Shown piece after piece: positions 19,844 to 28,532 of a DNA stretch of 64,000 nucleotides. The stretch lies in contig MFNK01000008.1 in assembly GCA_001782045.1 (NCBI GenBank), positions 2,597-66,596 of the forward strand, given 5' to 3'. A program made the position numbers and the translations under genes. The notes under the pieces are model-generated. The model did no database searches and was not told where the DNA came from. It saw only the letters and a list, made by a program, of their open reading frames with translations. Numbering within the stretch: the first letter of the stretch is position 1; the number at the start of each line of letters is the position of its first letter. The stretch is from Candidatus Levybacteria bacterium RIFCSPHIGHO2_01_FULL_36_15b. Lineage in GTDB: Bacteria; Patescibacteriota; Microgenomatia; Levybacterales; UBA12049.

Positions 19844-20506
19844 ATGATTGAACAAAGTAGGCTGGGATTAAGAGCTCATGAGGTAGCAGACCTAGATCCA
19901 TACAAAGTTCGCAAAATAGAGCTGCAGCTAGAGGCAGAAGAGCTTATTGTAAAAGAAGAACCGCGAGAAGAAGTTGGGAAAATGTACTTCACGAAAGAGC
20001 AGAAACAGCAGTTAGAGCAACAAGGATTTCAAATCTACAGACTTTCCGGAATTACTTCCAACGAAATGAAAGGAATAAGTTTTAAATATAATTTTTTAAG
20101 AAGTGGTTTGCGTAAGTTGATGAATGAAAAATCCATGGAAGGAGAAGTTGCTATTGATCCAAATAATTTTTTTTGGCAAGAGACGGCTTATAAAAAATAT
20201 TTAGAGCAGGCAGAAATTGTTCTTTCCAATAAAAATAAGAGAGGAGTAGAAGGTACAAGATTTATTTGGGGCAACGTTGCTGACTATGTGGAATTGAGCT
20301 ATCTATACTTTCGAAGAAACACAAAACCTTTTGGATCTTTATTTAAATCCGACTGGGCAAGAACTTCTGGACCAGGTCCAAATCTTTCAGTTGCCATAGT
20401 TACAATTAAAGACAACTTTGTTCAATTTAAATTTGAAGACACAGATAAAATGTCGGAAAATATTAAAATTGCACCACTTCTTATAAAAGACGTTCAAATT
20501 GATTAA
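19844..20506 (+). CDS. Hypothetical protein, family B, N-terminal tag
   Basis: LRAHEVADLDPYKVRK; FTKEQK..LE..GF, EVAI, ADY, APLL. Confidence 0.85.
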   Translation: MIEQSRLGLRAHEVADLDPYKVRKIELQLEAEELIVKEEPREEVGKMYFTKEQKQQLEQQGFQIYRLSGITSNEMKGISFKYNFLRSGLRKLMNEKSMEGEVAIDPNNFFWQETAYKKYLEQAEIVLSNKNKRGVEGTRFIWGNVADYVELSYLYFRRNTKPFGSLFKSDWARTSGPGPNLSVAIVTIKDNFVQFKFEDTDKMSENIKIAPLLIKDVQID

Positions 20507-20547
20507 TAGATTTGATTTTGTATATTACGAGTCTATATAATTTAACT

Positions 20548-21417
20548 GTGGCTGAAGCGAAAAAAGACGAATTTTTATCAAGAGAAGATATTCCAGATCC
20601 ACCTTCTTCGATAAGTAAGAGCAGAAGGCTCGAAATCCAAAAGGAGTTAGAAGAACTTGAAAAAGAAGGATTTCCCAAACAATCTAGTAAGTCTACAACT
20701 GTAGAAAAAGTACCAGAAAAAAGACCAGGAAAAGATTTTCAAAGGCCAGATGAGTGGGTAGATCAAGATCCTTACAATGTTCGTGGGAAACCTAAGCAAG
20801 AAGCAGCAAGAGAGCTTTTGAGTTCTGATGAAGAAAAACAAACTAAATTATTAGAGCAAGAGGGTTTTGGATCTTTTACACAAGAACAAAAAGTAGAACT
20901 CGAAAGTAGGGGTTTTGAAATTTATAAATTGACAGGAATTTCAATGGCAGATATGCAGGATAAAATAGAATTTGCAACTAATGTAGGCCCTGATTTTGTA
21001 AAAAATTTGAAATCCAGCGTCGGTGAAGTAGCAGTTGTGCATACTCCAGGTTTATTCTTTCTATCAAACAGTAGTCAAAAGACTCTCGCCGAGCAGCAGG
21101 AAATAATTGATTTGTTTTCCGCAAGATTAAGTAGCGATATTCCCGGAGTTAAAGCAATAATTGGAGAAGCAGCTGATTATATTGCGATTGCGGATCAAGA
21201 CAGTAGAATTCAAGATGAGCGTAGTAGGCTTTTCGGGCTTCGTTACGCTGGCAGTATTCGTACCTCAACTACACGTGGTAGATATCGTTCTGAAAAATTA
21301 TCCCTTGCTCGAGGAATGAAAAAAGAACTCCATGTTATGTTTTGGGGTGACGATTTAAACCAATTTAAAGATCTATTTGTTGCTCCCTTGATTATTCCTA
21401 ATAATGACAGAACCTAA
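20548..21417 (+). CDS. Hypothetical protein, family B, divergent tag
   Basis: RPDEWVDQDPYNVRGKPKQEAARELL; likely GTG start 20548 after TATAAT. Confidence 0.85.
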   Translation: MAEAKKDEFLSREDIPDPPSSISKSRRLEIQKELEELEKEGFPKQSSKSTTVEKVPEKRPGKDFQRPDEWVDQDPYNVRGKPKQEAARELLSSDEEKQTKLLEQEGFGSFTQEQKVELESRGFEIYKLTGISMADMQDKIEFATNVGPDFVKNLKSSVGEVAVVHTPGLFFLSNSSQKTLAEQQEIIDLFSARLSSDIPGVKAIIGEAADYIAIADQDSRIQDERSRLFGLRYAGSIRTSTTRGRYRSEKLSLARGMKKELHVMFWGDDLNQFKDLFVAPLIIPNNDRT

Positions 21418-22135
21418 AAAAGACGAAATGATGAGATCAGATCAGGTCGCGGATTTAGATCCGTATAACCAGCGTGGAAAACCAAAGCAAGAAGCCGCAA
21501 GGGAGCTTTTGGGGGATGAGCCGGAAGTTGAGGAAGATGAGAATTTTGATGGACCAAAGTTTACACAAGAGCAAAAAGTAAAACTGCGCGATTACGGTGC
21601 GGAAATATTTACACTTCACGGAGAGTCTATAAATTCATTAAAAGAAAAAGGATTAAAAGTATGGTCGAATTTAGACTCTTCCGATTTCCAGCTTGGCTAT
21701 GAAGGACATAAAACTGAAGTGGCAATTAGACTAGCTTCAAATTATCTTTTCCTACCAGATAGTAACAATAAAAATTATGATGAACAAGCAAATATGGTAA
21801 CAAACTATTCATTGGAGCTTGAAAGAAAAATTCCAGGCATTTATGCATCGCTCGGATTTCCAAGTGACTATGCAGAAATAGTACTGCATTGCTTAACCAA
21901 GCGTGGACTAGAATTGTTCAAAGGTACAACTCCTAATGGAGGGTATATGTACACCAGTACAGCAATGAGTAGATCGGAAAGCTTAGGATCGGGAAAAACA
22001 GATTCATTTTTTATATCAGTAGGCGGAATGGATGAATATGGACTTGGCATACATGCTTTTTCTGCAACAGAAGATATTAGTTTTATATTTGCAACCCCCT
22101 TGATTTTCCCTGATTCAAATCGAGTTAATTTATGA
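21404..22135 (+). CDS. Hypothetical protein, family B, extended N-terminal tag
   Basis: MTEPKKDEMMRSDQVADLDPYNQRGKPKQEAARELL. Confidence 0.85.
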   Translation: MTEPKKDEMMRSDQVADLDPYNQRGKPKQEAARELLGDEPEVEEDENFDGPKFTQEQKVKLRDYGAEIFTLHGESINSLKEKGLKVWSNLDSSDFQLGYEGHKTEVAIRLASNYLFLPDSNNKNYDEQANMVTNYSLELERKIPGIYASLGFPSDYAEIVLHCLTKRGLELFKGTTPNGGYMYTSTAMSRSESLGSGKTDSFFISVGGMDEYGLGIHAFSATEDISFIFATPLIFPDSNRVNL

Positions 22136-22836
22136 TTGAACCTAAGAAAGACGACATGATGAGATCAGATCAGGTTGCGGACTTAGATCCGTATAACATG
22201 CGTGGTAAACCAAAGCATGAAGCTGCGAGGGAATTGATTGGGGAAGAGCCTGAAGTTGAGGAAGAACAATTTGATGGTCTAAAGTTTACCCAAGAACAAC
22301 GAGAAAAATTGGAAGAAGTGGGACTCACGATTCTTCAATTAGAAAATTTAACTTTTGACGATCTATATAATAATGGTTTAGGCAAAATTTATGAAACCAA
22401 ATATTTTGATTTAATAGAGAAGATGAATAATGATAGGTCCATTAAAACAGAAGTGGCAATAAACATTTTGGACCCTTTTATTAAAGATAGTTTTTTTAAA
22501 ACATTTGGTGAGCAGATTGAGCTTGTGCGACTCTTTGATGAGCAAATTAGAAATCAGATTCCAGGAGTTAAAGCTAATATTGCCGAAGCAGTAGACTTAG
22601 CCCAAATATCTTTTATTCACGCAAAAGAATCATATTTTTATGTATATAATAATTATACTAGAACCAGCACTTCGATAGATGGAAAATTAGTAGCAATAAG
22701 TGATCAGTATAACTCAGGCACCTCTAGCACCTTTATTAAAACTCGTTTTGATTTTGTTGATAGGGATAGTAAATTACCATCTTTAGGAATAGTCGCATTA
22801 ATATACCCTGAAAGTTATCCGGGCAAGTCAGATTAA
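22132..22836 (+). CDS. Hypothetical protein, family B, extended N-terminal tag
   Basis: MIEPKKDDMMRSDQVADLDPYNMRGKPKHEAARELI; ATGA overlap. Confidence 0.85.
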   Translation: MIEPKKDDMMRSDQVADLDPYNMRGKPKHEAARELIGEEPEVEEEQFDGLKFTQEQREKLEEVGLTILQLENLTFDDLYNNGLGKIYETKYFDLIEKMNNDRSIKTEVAINILDPFIKDSFFKTFGEQIELVRLFDEQIRNQIPGVKANIAEAVDLAQISFIHAKESYFYVYNNYTRTSTSIDGKLVAISDQYNSGTSSTFIKTRFDFVDRDSKLPSLGIVALIYPESYPGKSD

Positions 22837-22933
22837 TTATCCAGCTTTTACCTCTTGACAAAATATGTTACACTTAGTTATATTGTAGATAATTACTTTA
22901 TATATTGAGCAATATCAATATATATTAAAGAGT

Positions 22934-23143
22934 ATGCCAGAACAACTTTCTATAAATAATCTTCCGGATCTTCTAACAGTACGAGAAGTTGCCCAGATTT
23001 TGCGCGTTTCTCCCTTAACTATAAAAAGATGGGGTAAAAGAGGAAAATTGCCTGCAATTAGAATTAACTCAAGAGGAGATCGAAGATATAAAAAAGAAGC
23101 AGTCCTCTGGCTTTTAGGAATTGCCAGTCCAACCACAGAATAA
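22934..23143 (+). CDS. Helix-turn-helix DNA-binding protein (excisionase/BldC-like)
   Basis: LLTVREVAQILRVSPLTIKRW..RGKLPAIRINSRGDRRY. Confidence 0.85.
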   Translation: MPEQLSINNLPDLLTVREVAQILRVSPLTIKRWGKRGKLPAIRINSRGDRRYKKEAVLWLLGIASPTTE

Positions 23144-23164
23144 TTAAGAAACTCCTATACAACA

Positions 23165-23191
23165 AAAAACCGCCAATAAAGGCGGATTTTT
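23165..23191. terminator. Bidirectional intrinsic terminator
   Basis: AAAAAA-CCGCC-aataaa-GGCGG-ATTTTT between convergent genes. Confidence 0.7.
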
Positions 23192-23192
23192 G

Positions 23193-23211
23193 TCCTTCGA
23201 CAGGCTCAGGA
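23193..23211 (+). repeat. REP-like family 1 copy
   Basis: TCCTTCGACAGGCTCAGGA, identical to 7802-7820. Confidence 0.75.
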
Positions 23212-23220
23212 TTAGCTAAA

Positions 23221-23613
23221 TTACTTTAGCTCTACAGTTGCACCCGCTGCGGTTAATTTTTCCTTAGCTTCATCAGCTGTCTTTTTGTTGACTGCTGTCA
23301 TTACCTCTTTTGGAGCCGTATCTACCAATGCTTTTGCATCGGCAAGTCCCAAAGTTGGAACTAATTCTCTTACAGCTTTAATTACTGCAATTTTGTTTGC
23401 TCCGCCGGACGCTAAAACGACGTTGAATACCGTCTGTTCACTGGCTTCTTCTCCGCTTTCTGCTGGCGCTGCGGCTCCGGCTGCTGGTGCTGCTGCAACC
23501 ACTGCTGCGCTGACACCAAATTTGTCTTCCAAAGCCTTAACAAATTCTGACAGTTCGAGAACTGACATTTCTTCAACTGCTTTTAAAAGCTCTTCTTGTT
23601 TTGCTTTTGCCAT
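23221..23613 (-). CDS. rplL: 50S ribosomal protein L7/L12
   Basis: KFGVSAA hinge, [26 protein letters not shown]. Confidence 0.97.
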   Translation of the reverse strand: MAKAKQEELLKAVEEMSVLELSEFVKALEDKFGVSAAVVAAAPAAGAAAPAESGEEASEQTVFNVVLASGGANKIAVIKAVRELVPTLGLADAKALVDTAPKEVMTAVNKKTADEAKEKLTAAGATVELK

Positions 23614-24386
23614 CAATTCTCACCCCCTTTATTTTCATTATTAGATTGATTTTCGGGTTTTTCCGCTGCTAGCTCTTGCGGTGTTTCGGAGAGTATAGTT
23701 TCTGGTTCGACGGGCTCACCACTAGGTGGTTTGGCAGATTCACTATTTAATGACTCTGCGACTGGAGTTTGCACGGATGCCTGTTCTTGGACTGCCTCTG
23801 TTTGTTCAATTACTGGCTGTTTGTTAGCCGGAGAAGTCGGAACAGAATCAGCCGGTTTGTTTTGCACAACTGCATTTAAAGTCATAACAAGTTTTTGTAA
23901 GTTCCAATTTAATGCTTTATGTAAGCCTGAAATAGGGGATTTAAGAGTAAAAACCAGTTGCGAAAGCAGTACTTCGCGTGTTGGAAGAGTTGATAGTTTT
24001 AAAATTTGTTCTCCGGTTACAAAATCTCCTTCCATTATGCCAAATTTAACATTTGGCAAATTTAGCTCTTTAATCAGCTTTGCAAGTTCTTTAAGGGGAA
24101 GAAGTAAATCGTTATATAAAAAAAGCGTTCCTGTTTGGCCACCTAGCTCGTGTTCGCCTTCGAGCTTTTTATCTGTAATTGCGCGCGTTAAGAGCGAATT
24201 TTTGGCTACAACAAATTCGGAATCTGCCTTTTTTAGCTGTTTTTTAAGTCCCTCTATTTGTTTGTGCGTTAAGCCTTGATAGTTAGTAAATATAACAGCT
24301 TTAGCCTTTGTATACTTTTCACTTAAGCTGCTTACAATTCCTACTTTTTTTTCTCTATTTTTGCTTATTTTAGGTTCTTCGTTCAT
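23613..24386 (-). CDS. rplJ: 50S ribosomal protein L10 with long acidic C-terminal extension
   Basis: [24 protein letters not shown]; upstream of rplL. Confidence 0.93.
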   Translation of the reverse strand: MNEEPKISKNREKKVGIVSSLSEKYTKAKAVIFTNYQGLTHKQIEGLKKQLKKADSEFVVAKNSLLTRAITDKKLEGEHELGGQTGTLFLYNDLLLPLKELAKLIKELNLPNVKFGIMEGDFVTGEQILKLSTLPTREVLLSQLVFTLKSPISGLHKALNWNLQKLVMTLNAVVQNKPADSVPTSPANKQPVIEQTEAVQEQASVQTPVAESLNSESAKPPSGEPVEPETILSETPQELAAEKPENQSNNENKGGEN

Positions 24387-24393
24387 AATAATA

Positions 24394-24413
24394 TCCTTCG
24401 ACTGCGCTCAGGA
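24394..24413 (+). repeat. REP-like family 1 copy
   Basis: TCCTTCGACTGCGCTCAGGA. Confidence 0.7.
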
Positions 24414-24444
24414 TTGTGTTCTATTTTAAATTTTCAAGAGGAAC

Positions 24445-24575
24445 ACAAAAAACTCGTCTAAGACGAGTAAATAAGTTTGAGCTGAACTTTAGTTTTCCTC
24501 GGTAGGACTTATAGATTGAAGCGTCCTTCGACTTCGCTCAGGATTTAGCTTCGCTCAACCCACTGTCTTAGGTTA
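24445..24575 (-). ncRNA. L10 leader (cis-regulatory RNA) with terminator and inserted REP
   Basis: Minus strand AAGACAGTGGG...CCTACCGAGG then ACTCGTCT-T-AGACGAGT-TTTTT upstream of rplJ; REP at 24524-24543. Confidence 0.7.
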
Positions 24576-24611
24576 TGTTAGTTTAACAAATACAAAAGTA
24601 TTTTTCAATAC

Positions 24612-24800
24612 TTAATTATGAGGGTTTTTTTCCGCCTGAAAAACTGTTTCTGAATTTCCTTTTGGTTTATCTATGTCTAAAACTCTAGCGGAGCCGACGA
24701 AATCAGAAGCATCCGCTTTCTGATATGGAGGTAAAACATATCTTATTTTAGGATACCTTTTCTGCGTCCTTTGTCTTTCTTGAGCTCTTTCTCTACTCAT
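24612..24800 (-). CDS. Small hypothetical protein
   Basis: 62 aa, TATAAT shortly upstream. Confidence 0.5.
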   Translation of the reverse strand: MSRERAQERQRTQKRYPKIRYVLPPYQKADASDFVGSARVLDIDKPKGNSETVFQAEKNPHN

Positions 24801-24835
24801 AAGAAGTGATATTATAACTTATAACTATCTTAAAC

Positions 24836-25573
24836 TCAAGACGTTACGCTTTTTGCGTAATAGCCCCTGTTTTCTTTTGGAAGAAGCACTGCAAGCCTTC
24901 CCATCATTAGATTGATAATTGACTTATCCGGATAAAGCACTTTTTCCATGGAAATTTCTTCATAAGAGTAGGGAGTTCCAACCTCAACAACGGTTTGGGT
25001 TAGGGGAGGAAATATTTGATACGGGTGTAGCGCTATAGGCAAGGCAAGTGAGCTATCTTTAGCAATTCTAAATAAAATATCAATTCCAGGCTCGGCTTTT
25101 ATTAATCCGCCTGTTTTACTTCTTGTGCCTTCAGGAGCAATTGCTAAAATCCGACCTTTTGTTTTTAATGCTTCTATTGCTTTTTGTACTGAAACCCGAT
25201 TAAAGTTGCTTGAATCTTGGTATAAATGCGCTTCATATCTTTGGACGACCTGCAAAACATCAAATCCTCTTGTTTTCGCAAGGCCATGTATTACTGAATT
25301 TTTAATTCTTGAAGAAACTCCTCTCTGTGGGTCAAGATGTTTTCTTCCTGCGAGGATGCTCAAATTAGAAAGAGACAAGTTTTCATCTAAAAATCTTGCT
25401 AAAACTGTAGTATCTAGGGTAGAGAAGTGGTTCGTATACAAAAGAAGCGAGCCTTGCTTCAAATGAGCCTTGGCTTTGTCTAAATTATTATCTGGATCAT
25501 TAACTTCGTATCTTACAGCTTTTGAAAGCTGCCAAAGCGTTTCAACTAGCGGACGAGAATCTTTTTCTTTCAT
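24836..25573 (-). CDS. Lysophospholipid acyltransferase (PlsC-like)
   Basis: NHFSTLD (HX4D), APEGTRS, RGYY. Confidence 0.85.
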   Translation of the reverse strand: MKEKDSRPLVETLWQLSKAVRYEVNDPDNNLDKAKAHLKQGSLLLYTNHFSTLDTTVLARFLDENLSLSNLSILAGRKHLDPQRGVSSRIKNSVIHGLAKTRGFDVLQVVQRYEAHLYQDSSNFNRVSVQKAIEALKTKGRILAIAPEGTRSKTGGLIKAEPGIDILFRIAKDSSLALPIALHPYQIFPPLTQTVVEVGTPYSYEEISMEKVLYPDKSIINLMMGRLAVLLPKENRGYYAKSVTS

Positions 25574-25603
25574 CGGCGCAATATTATCAGATATAATGGG
25601 TTT

Positions 25604-26284
25604 ATGGAAGAGGAATTAGTAAAATCTCCGGAAATAAATGAAAGCGAATTTGACGTTGTTGTGGTTTTGGGTGGCAATATTCGAAAAGATAACAATGGAA
25701 ATTGGAGAACATCTAGCTTTGAAGAAGGGGAAGAAAAATCAATGGGAGCGCATGGTAGAATCCTAGCCGCATCCGAACTTTATAAACAAGGCAAAGCAAA
25801 AAACTTTATTGTTTGTACTGGGCTTAGTTCTAATATATCCGGTCAGCCAGGAGTTTTGGAGCCGCAAGCACCAACCGAGGCAGAAGTAATGGCTTGGGAG
25901 CTAGAAGAATATGGAGTTCCTAAAAATTTAATAATTCGCGAAGATATTTCTGACAGCACTTTAGCAAACGTTAGAGAGGCTGCAAGAATTATAAGAGAAC
26001 ACAATTTTAAAAATGTTGGTCTTCTTACAAGTTTTTGGCATTTAGAAAGGGCAATGGTAATGATGGAATCCCAAAGGCTGGACACAGAAGGAAGACACGT
26101 TACTCCTTTATCATCGGAGGATATTCTTGCGGAAAAATCCTCTCACCACGCTTATTTAATTAATAAAGTAAAGGAAGCGCCAACAATGCAAAAAAGAATT
26201 GAAGCAGAAAATAGAGGATTACAAGCATTCAAAAGCGGAGACTATAACCAAACTCCTCATGGAACAAACCCGACGAAAGATTAG
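25604..26284 (+). CDS. YdcF/DUF218 family protein
   Basis: VVVVLGG, TEAEVM, SDSTLAN, LLTSFWHLERA. Confidence 0.85.
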   Translation: MEEELVKSPEINESEFDVVVVLGGNIRKDNNGNWRTSSFEEGEEKSMGAHGRILAASELYKQGKAKNFIVCTGLSSNISGQPGVLEPQAPTEAEVMAWELEEYGVPKNLIIREDISDSTLANVREAARIIREHNFKNVGLLTSFWHLERAMVMMESQRLDTEGRHVTPLSSEDILAEKSSHHAYLINKVKEAPTMQKRIEAENRGLQAFKSGDYNQTPHGTNPTKD

Positions 26285-26850
26285 GTAATGTTAAAAGCTT
26301 TTAAGATTTCTTCAGCCTTAACTCTATATTCATCTTCATCTGATATTATTTTCTCTCTAATTTCAAATAAGGGAACATTATTTTCTTCACATAGTATTTC
26401 TACTCCTGTTGCGAAGGGGCTATTATATGTTGAAAAGTTCATTCCGGTCATTGCTTCAGAATATGTGTGCATTTCCGGTAAAAGCACTACTCCGGTAGGT
26501 AAGCTTCTATCTTCTTTTTTTGATGTTGTATAATTTTCTACGTTGTAAAAATTGCTCAAATAAGAGTCTGCTTCATTTTGAACTGCAACTTGCTGTTGCT
26601 TAGCTCCAAGATCCGAAAGTAAATCAAATATCCATTTTCTTAATACAACTGATCTACTGGAAACAGAACCTAAAACAAGAATTCTGAATGGCTCTTTTTC
26701 TCTATTTATCTCTCTTGAATCTTTTTCCTCTGGTGTTTCTGGAAGCAATTCTCTTGCAGCTTCTTGTTTTGGTTTTCCACGCTGATTATACGGATCTAAG
26801 TCGGCAACATCGGGGGCTCGCATTATATCGTCTGTTTTAGGTTCACTCAT
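26281..26850 (-). CDS. Hypothetical protein, family C, extended N-terminal tag
   Basis: MSEPKTDDIMRAPDVADLDPYNQRGKPKQEAARELL; PTGVVLLPEM, LCEENNVPLFEI. Confidence 0.85.
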   Translation of the reverse strand: MSEPKTDDIMRAPDVADLDPYNQRGKPKQEAARELLPETPEEKDSREINREKEPFRILVLGSVSSRSVVLRKWIFDLLSDLGAKQQQVAVQNEADSYLSNFYNVENYTTSKKEDRSLPTGVVLLPEMHTYSEAMTGMNFSTYNSPFATGVEILCEENNVPLFEIREKIISDEDEYRVKAEEILKAFNIT

Positions 26851-27417
26851 TTATATTAAATTAAATTCTTTTAGAATTTCCTCAGTCTTTTCTGTTACGG
26901 CTTCGGGAGTTTGCAACATTTCATGAATTTCAAACAATGGGACATCATTTTCTTCACATAATTTTCTTATCATATCGGCAAATCCACTTTCGTAACTAGG
27001 AATTGTCATTCCTTCTCGGGAAGGGGAATACTGCCTCATTTCTGGCAATAGTACAACTCCGGTAGGAACACTTAATTCATCCTTTGTTGATGTATCTAAA
27101 TCGACCACGCCAAAAAAAGCGCTTTCAGCTGCGTCTACATCTCTTGCCGATCTTGTTGACGGATCTTTTGCTCCCGCACTTAAGAGATAATCATAAATTG
27201 TAGATCCTAAATCTAGACCGCCACTAAGTCTAGAACCTAACACGACAATTCGGTAGGGTTGTTTTGGTTTTAATCTTTCTTTAGCTACTTTTTCTTCTTT
27301 GGAATCTTCTAAAAGTTCTTTTGCTGCTTCGTGTTTGGGTTTTCCACGTTGATTGTATGGATCCAAATCCGCAACATCTGGGGCTCGCATCAATTCGTCT
27401 TTTTTGGGTTCGATCAC
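26851..27417 (-). CDS. Hypothetical protein, family C, extended N-terminal tag
   Basis: MIEPKKDELMRAPDVADLDPYNQRGKPKHEAAKELL; tandem paralog of the previous gene. Confidence 0.85.
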   Translation of the reverse strand: MIEPKKDELMRAPDVADLDPYNQRGKPKHEAAKELLEDSKEEKVAKERLKPKQPYRIVVLGSRLSGGLDLGSTIYDYLLSAGAKDPSTRSARDVDAAESAFFGVVDLDTSTKDELSVPTGVVLLPEMRQYSPSREGMTIPSYESGFADMIRKLCEENDVPLFEIHEMLQTPEAVTEKTEEILKEFNLI

Positions 27418-27480
27418 AAGATAATTATATCAGAAGCAGTCTCTTGACATAATAAGCCTATATTGATATCCTTTGCATCT

Positions 27481-28509
27481 ATGTCAGCAGTTGAAAGACA
27501 AAATGGCGAACACAGCCTGCCTGTTAACATTGCGGATCACATTCGTGCAGAAAGTCAACTCCATCCAGAAGTTACAGGTTCACTGGCGTCAATACTTACA
27601 GATCTTACAAGAGTAGCAAAAGAGATTTCCTTTACCGTAAATACGGCGGGTATTCAAAATCTTTACCGTTCAACTGGAAGAACAAATGCATATGGCGAAA
27701 ACGTAATACAGCTGGATGAAAAGGCAAATCAGCAATTCAAAGATATACTTGCAAATAACGATAACGTTGCTGGGTTTTCTTCCGAAGAAGAAGAAGGTTT
27801 TGTGCCATATCCAAATTCAGAAGATGGAAAGTATATTCTTTGGTTTGATCCCTTAGACGGATCTTCGAACTTTGATATAAATGGTTCGGTAGGTTCAATT
27901 TTTTCAATTTATAAAAGAGTTTCTCCTGATAAAACTCCGGTTGATGAAAAAGATTTTATTCAAAAAGGAAGCGAGCAGGTTTGCGCAGGATATTTTCTTT
28001 ATGGACCAAGCACTATGCTCGTTTACACAGCAAGATTTGGGGTTTATAGATTTACATTAAATCCAAGCGTAGGAGAATTTGTTTTGCCGAAAGAATACGC
28101 ACAAATTGCAACCCCTGATTCGGGAGGAATATACAGCGTAAATGAAGCCTACAGCAATAATTGGCCAGATTCTGTTAAATCTTATGTCAATCACTTAAAG
28201 ACAAGACCGGGTGCTACATCAAGATATGTTGGCTCTTTAGTAGCTGATGTCGATAGGGATTTGTTAAAAGGTGGAGTGTATTTATATCCTGCAGATTCAA
28301 ACCATCCAACGGGAAAATTAAGGTTAAATTGCGAAGCTAATCCATTGGCTTTTGTCGTTGAACAAGCTGGAGGAGCCGCAACAGATGGAACAAATAGGAT
28401 TTTAGATTTGCAACCCGAATCTCTTTTACAAACAACGCCTCTTATAATTGGAAGTAAGAATGAAGTAGAATTATTCAGACAATTTACTCAAAGACCCCTT
28501 TGGCAATAG
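27481..28509 (+). CDS. fbp: Class 1 fructose-1,6-bisphosphatase
   Basis: SEEE, FDPLDGSSN, RYVGSLVAD, GKLRL..EANP. Confidence 0.95.
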   Translation: MSAVERQNGEHSLPVNIADHIRAESQLHPEVTGSLASILTDLTRVAKEISFTVNTAGIQNLYRSTGRTNAYGENVIQLDEKANQQFKDILANNDNVAGFSSEEEEGFVPYPNSEDGKYILWFDPLDGSSNFDINGSVGSIFSIYKRVSPDKTPVDEKDFIQKGSEQVCAGYFLYGPSTMLVYTARFGVYRFTLNPSVGEFVLPKEYAQIATPDSGGIYSVNEAYSNNWPDSVKSYVNHLKTRPGATSRYVGSLVADVDRDLLKGGVYLYPADSNHPTGKLRLNCEANPLAFVVEQAGGAATDGTNRILDLQPESLLQTTPLIIGSKNEVELFRQFTQRPLWQ

Positions 28510-28532
28510 GCCATCAATTCAACCGTAAGACC

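Noticed and set aside
19844-22836. A complete diversity-generating retroelement
   Set aside because: No reverse transcriptase and no TR/VR pair differing at adenines in the window.
22934-23143. HTH gene as the excisionase of a prophage or island
   Set aside because: No integrase, att pair or phage genes; stand-alone HTH proteins of this type are common.
23285-24279. Long antisense ORFs opposite rplL/rplJ (and similar short ORFs elsewhere in the track)
   Set aside because: Shadow frames of well-supported genes, with no promoter or motif support.
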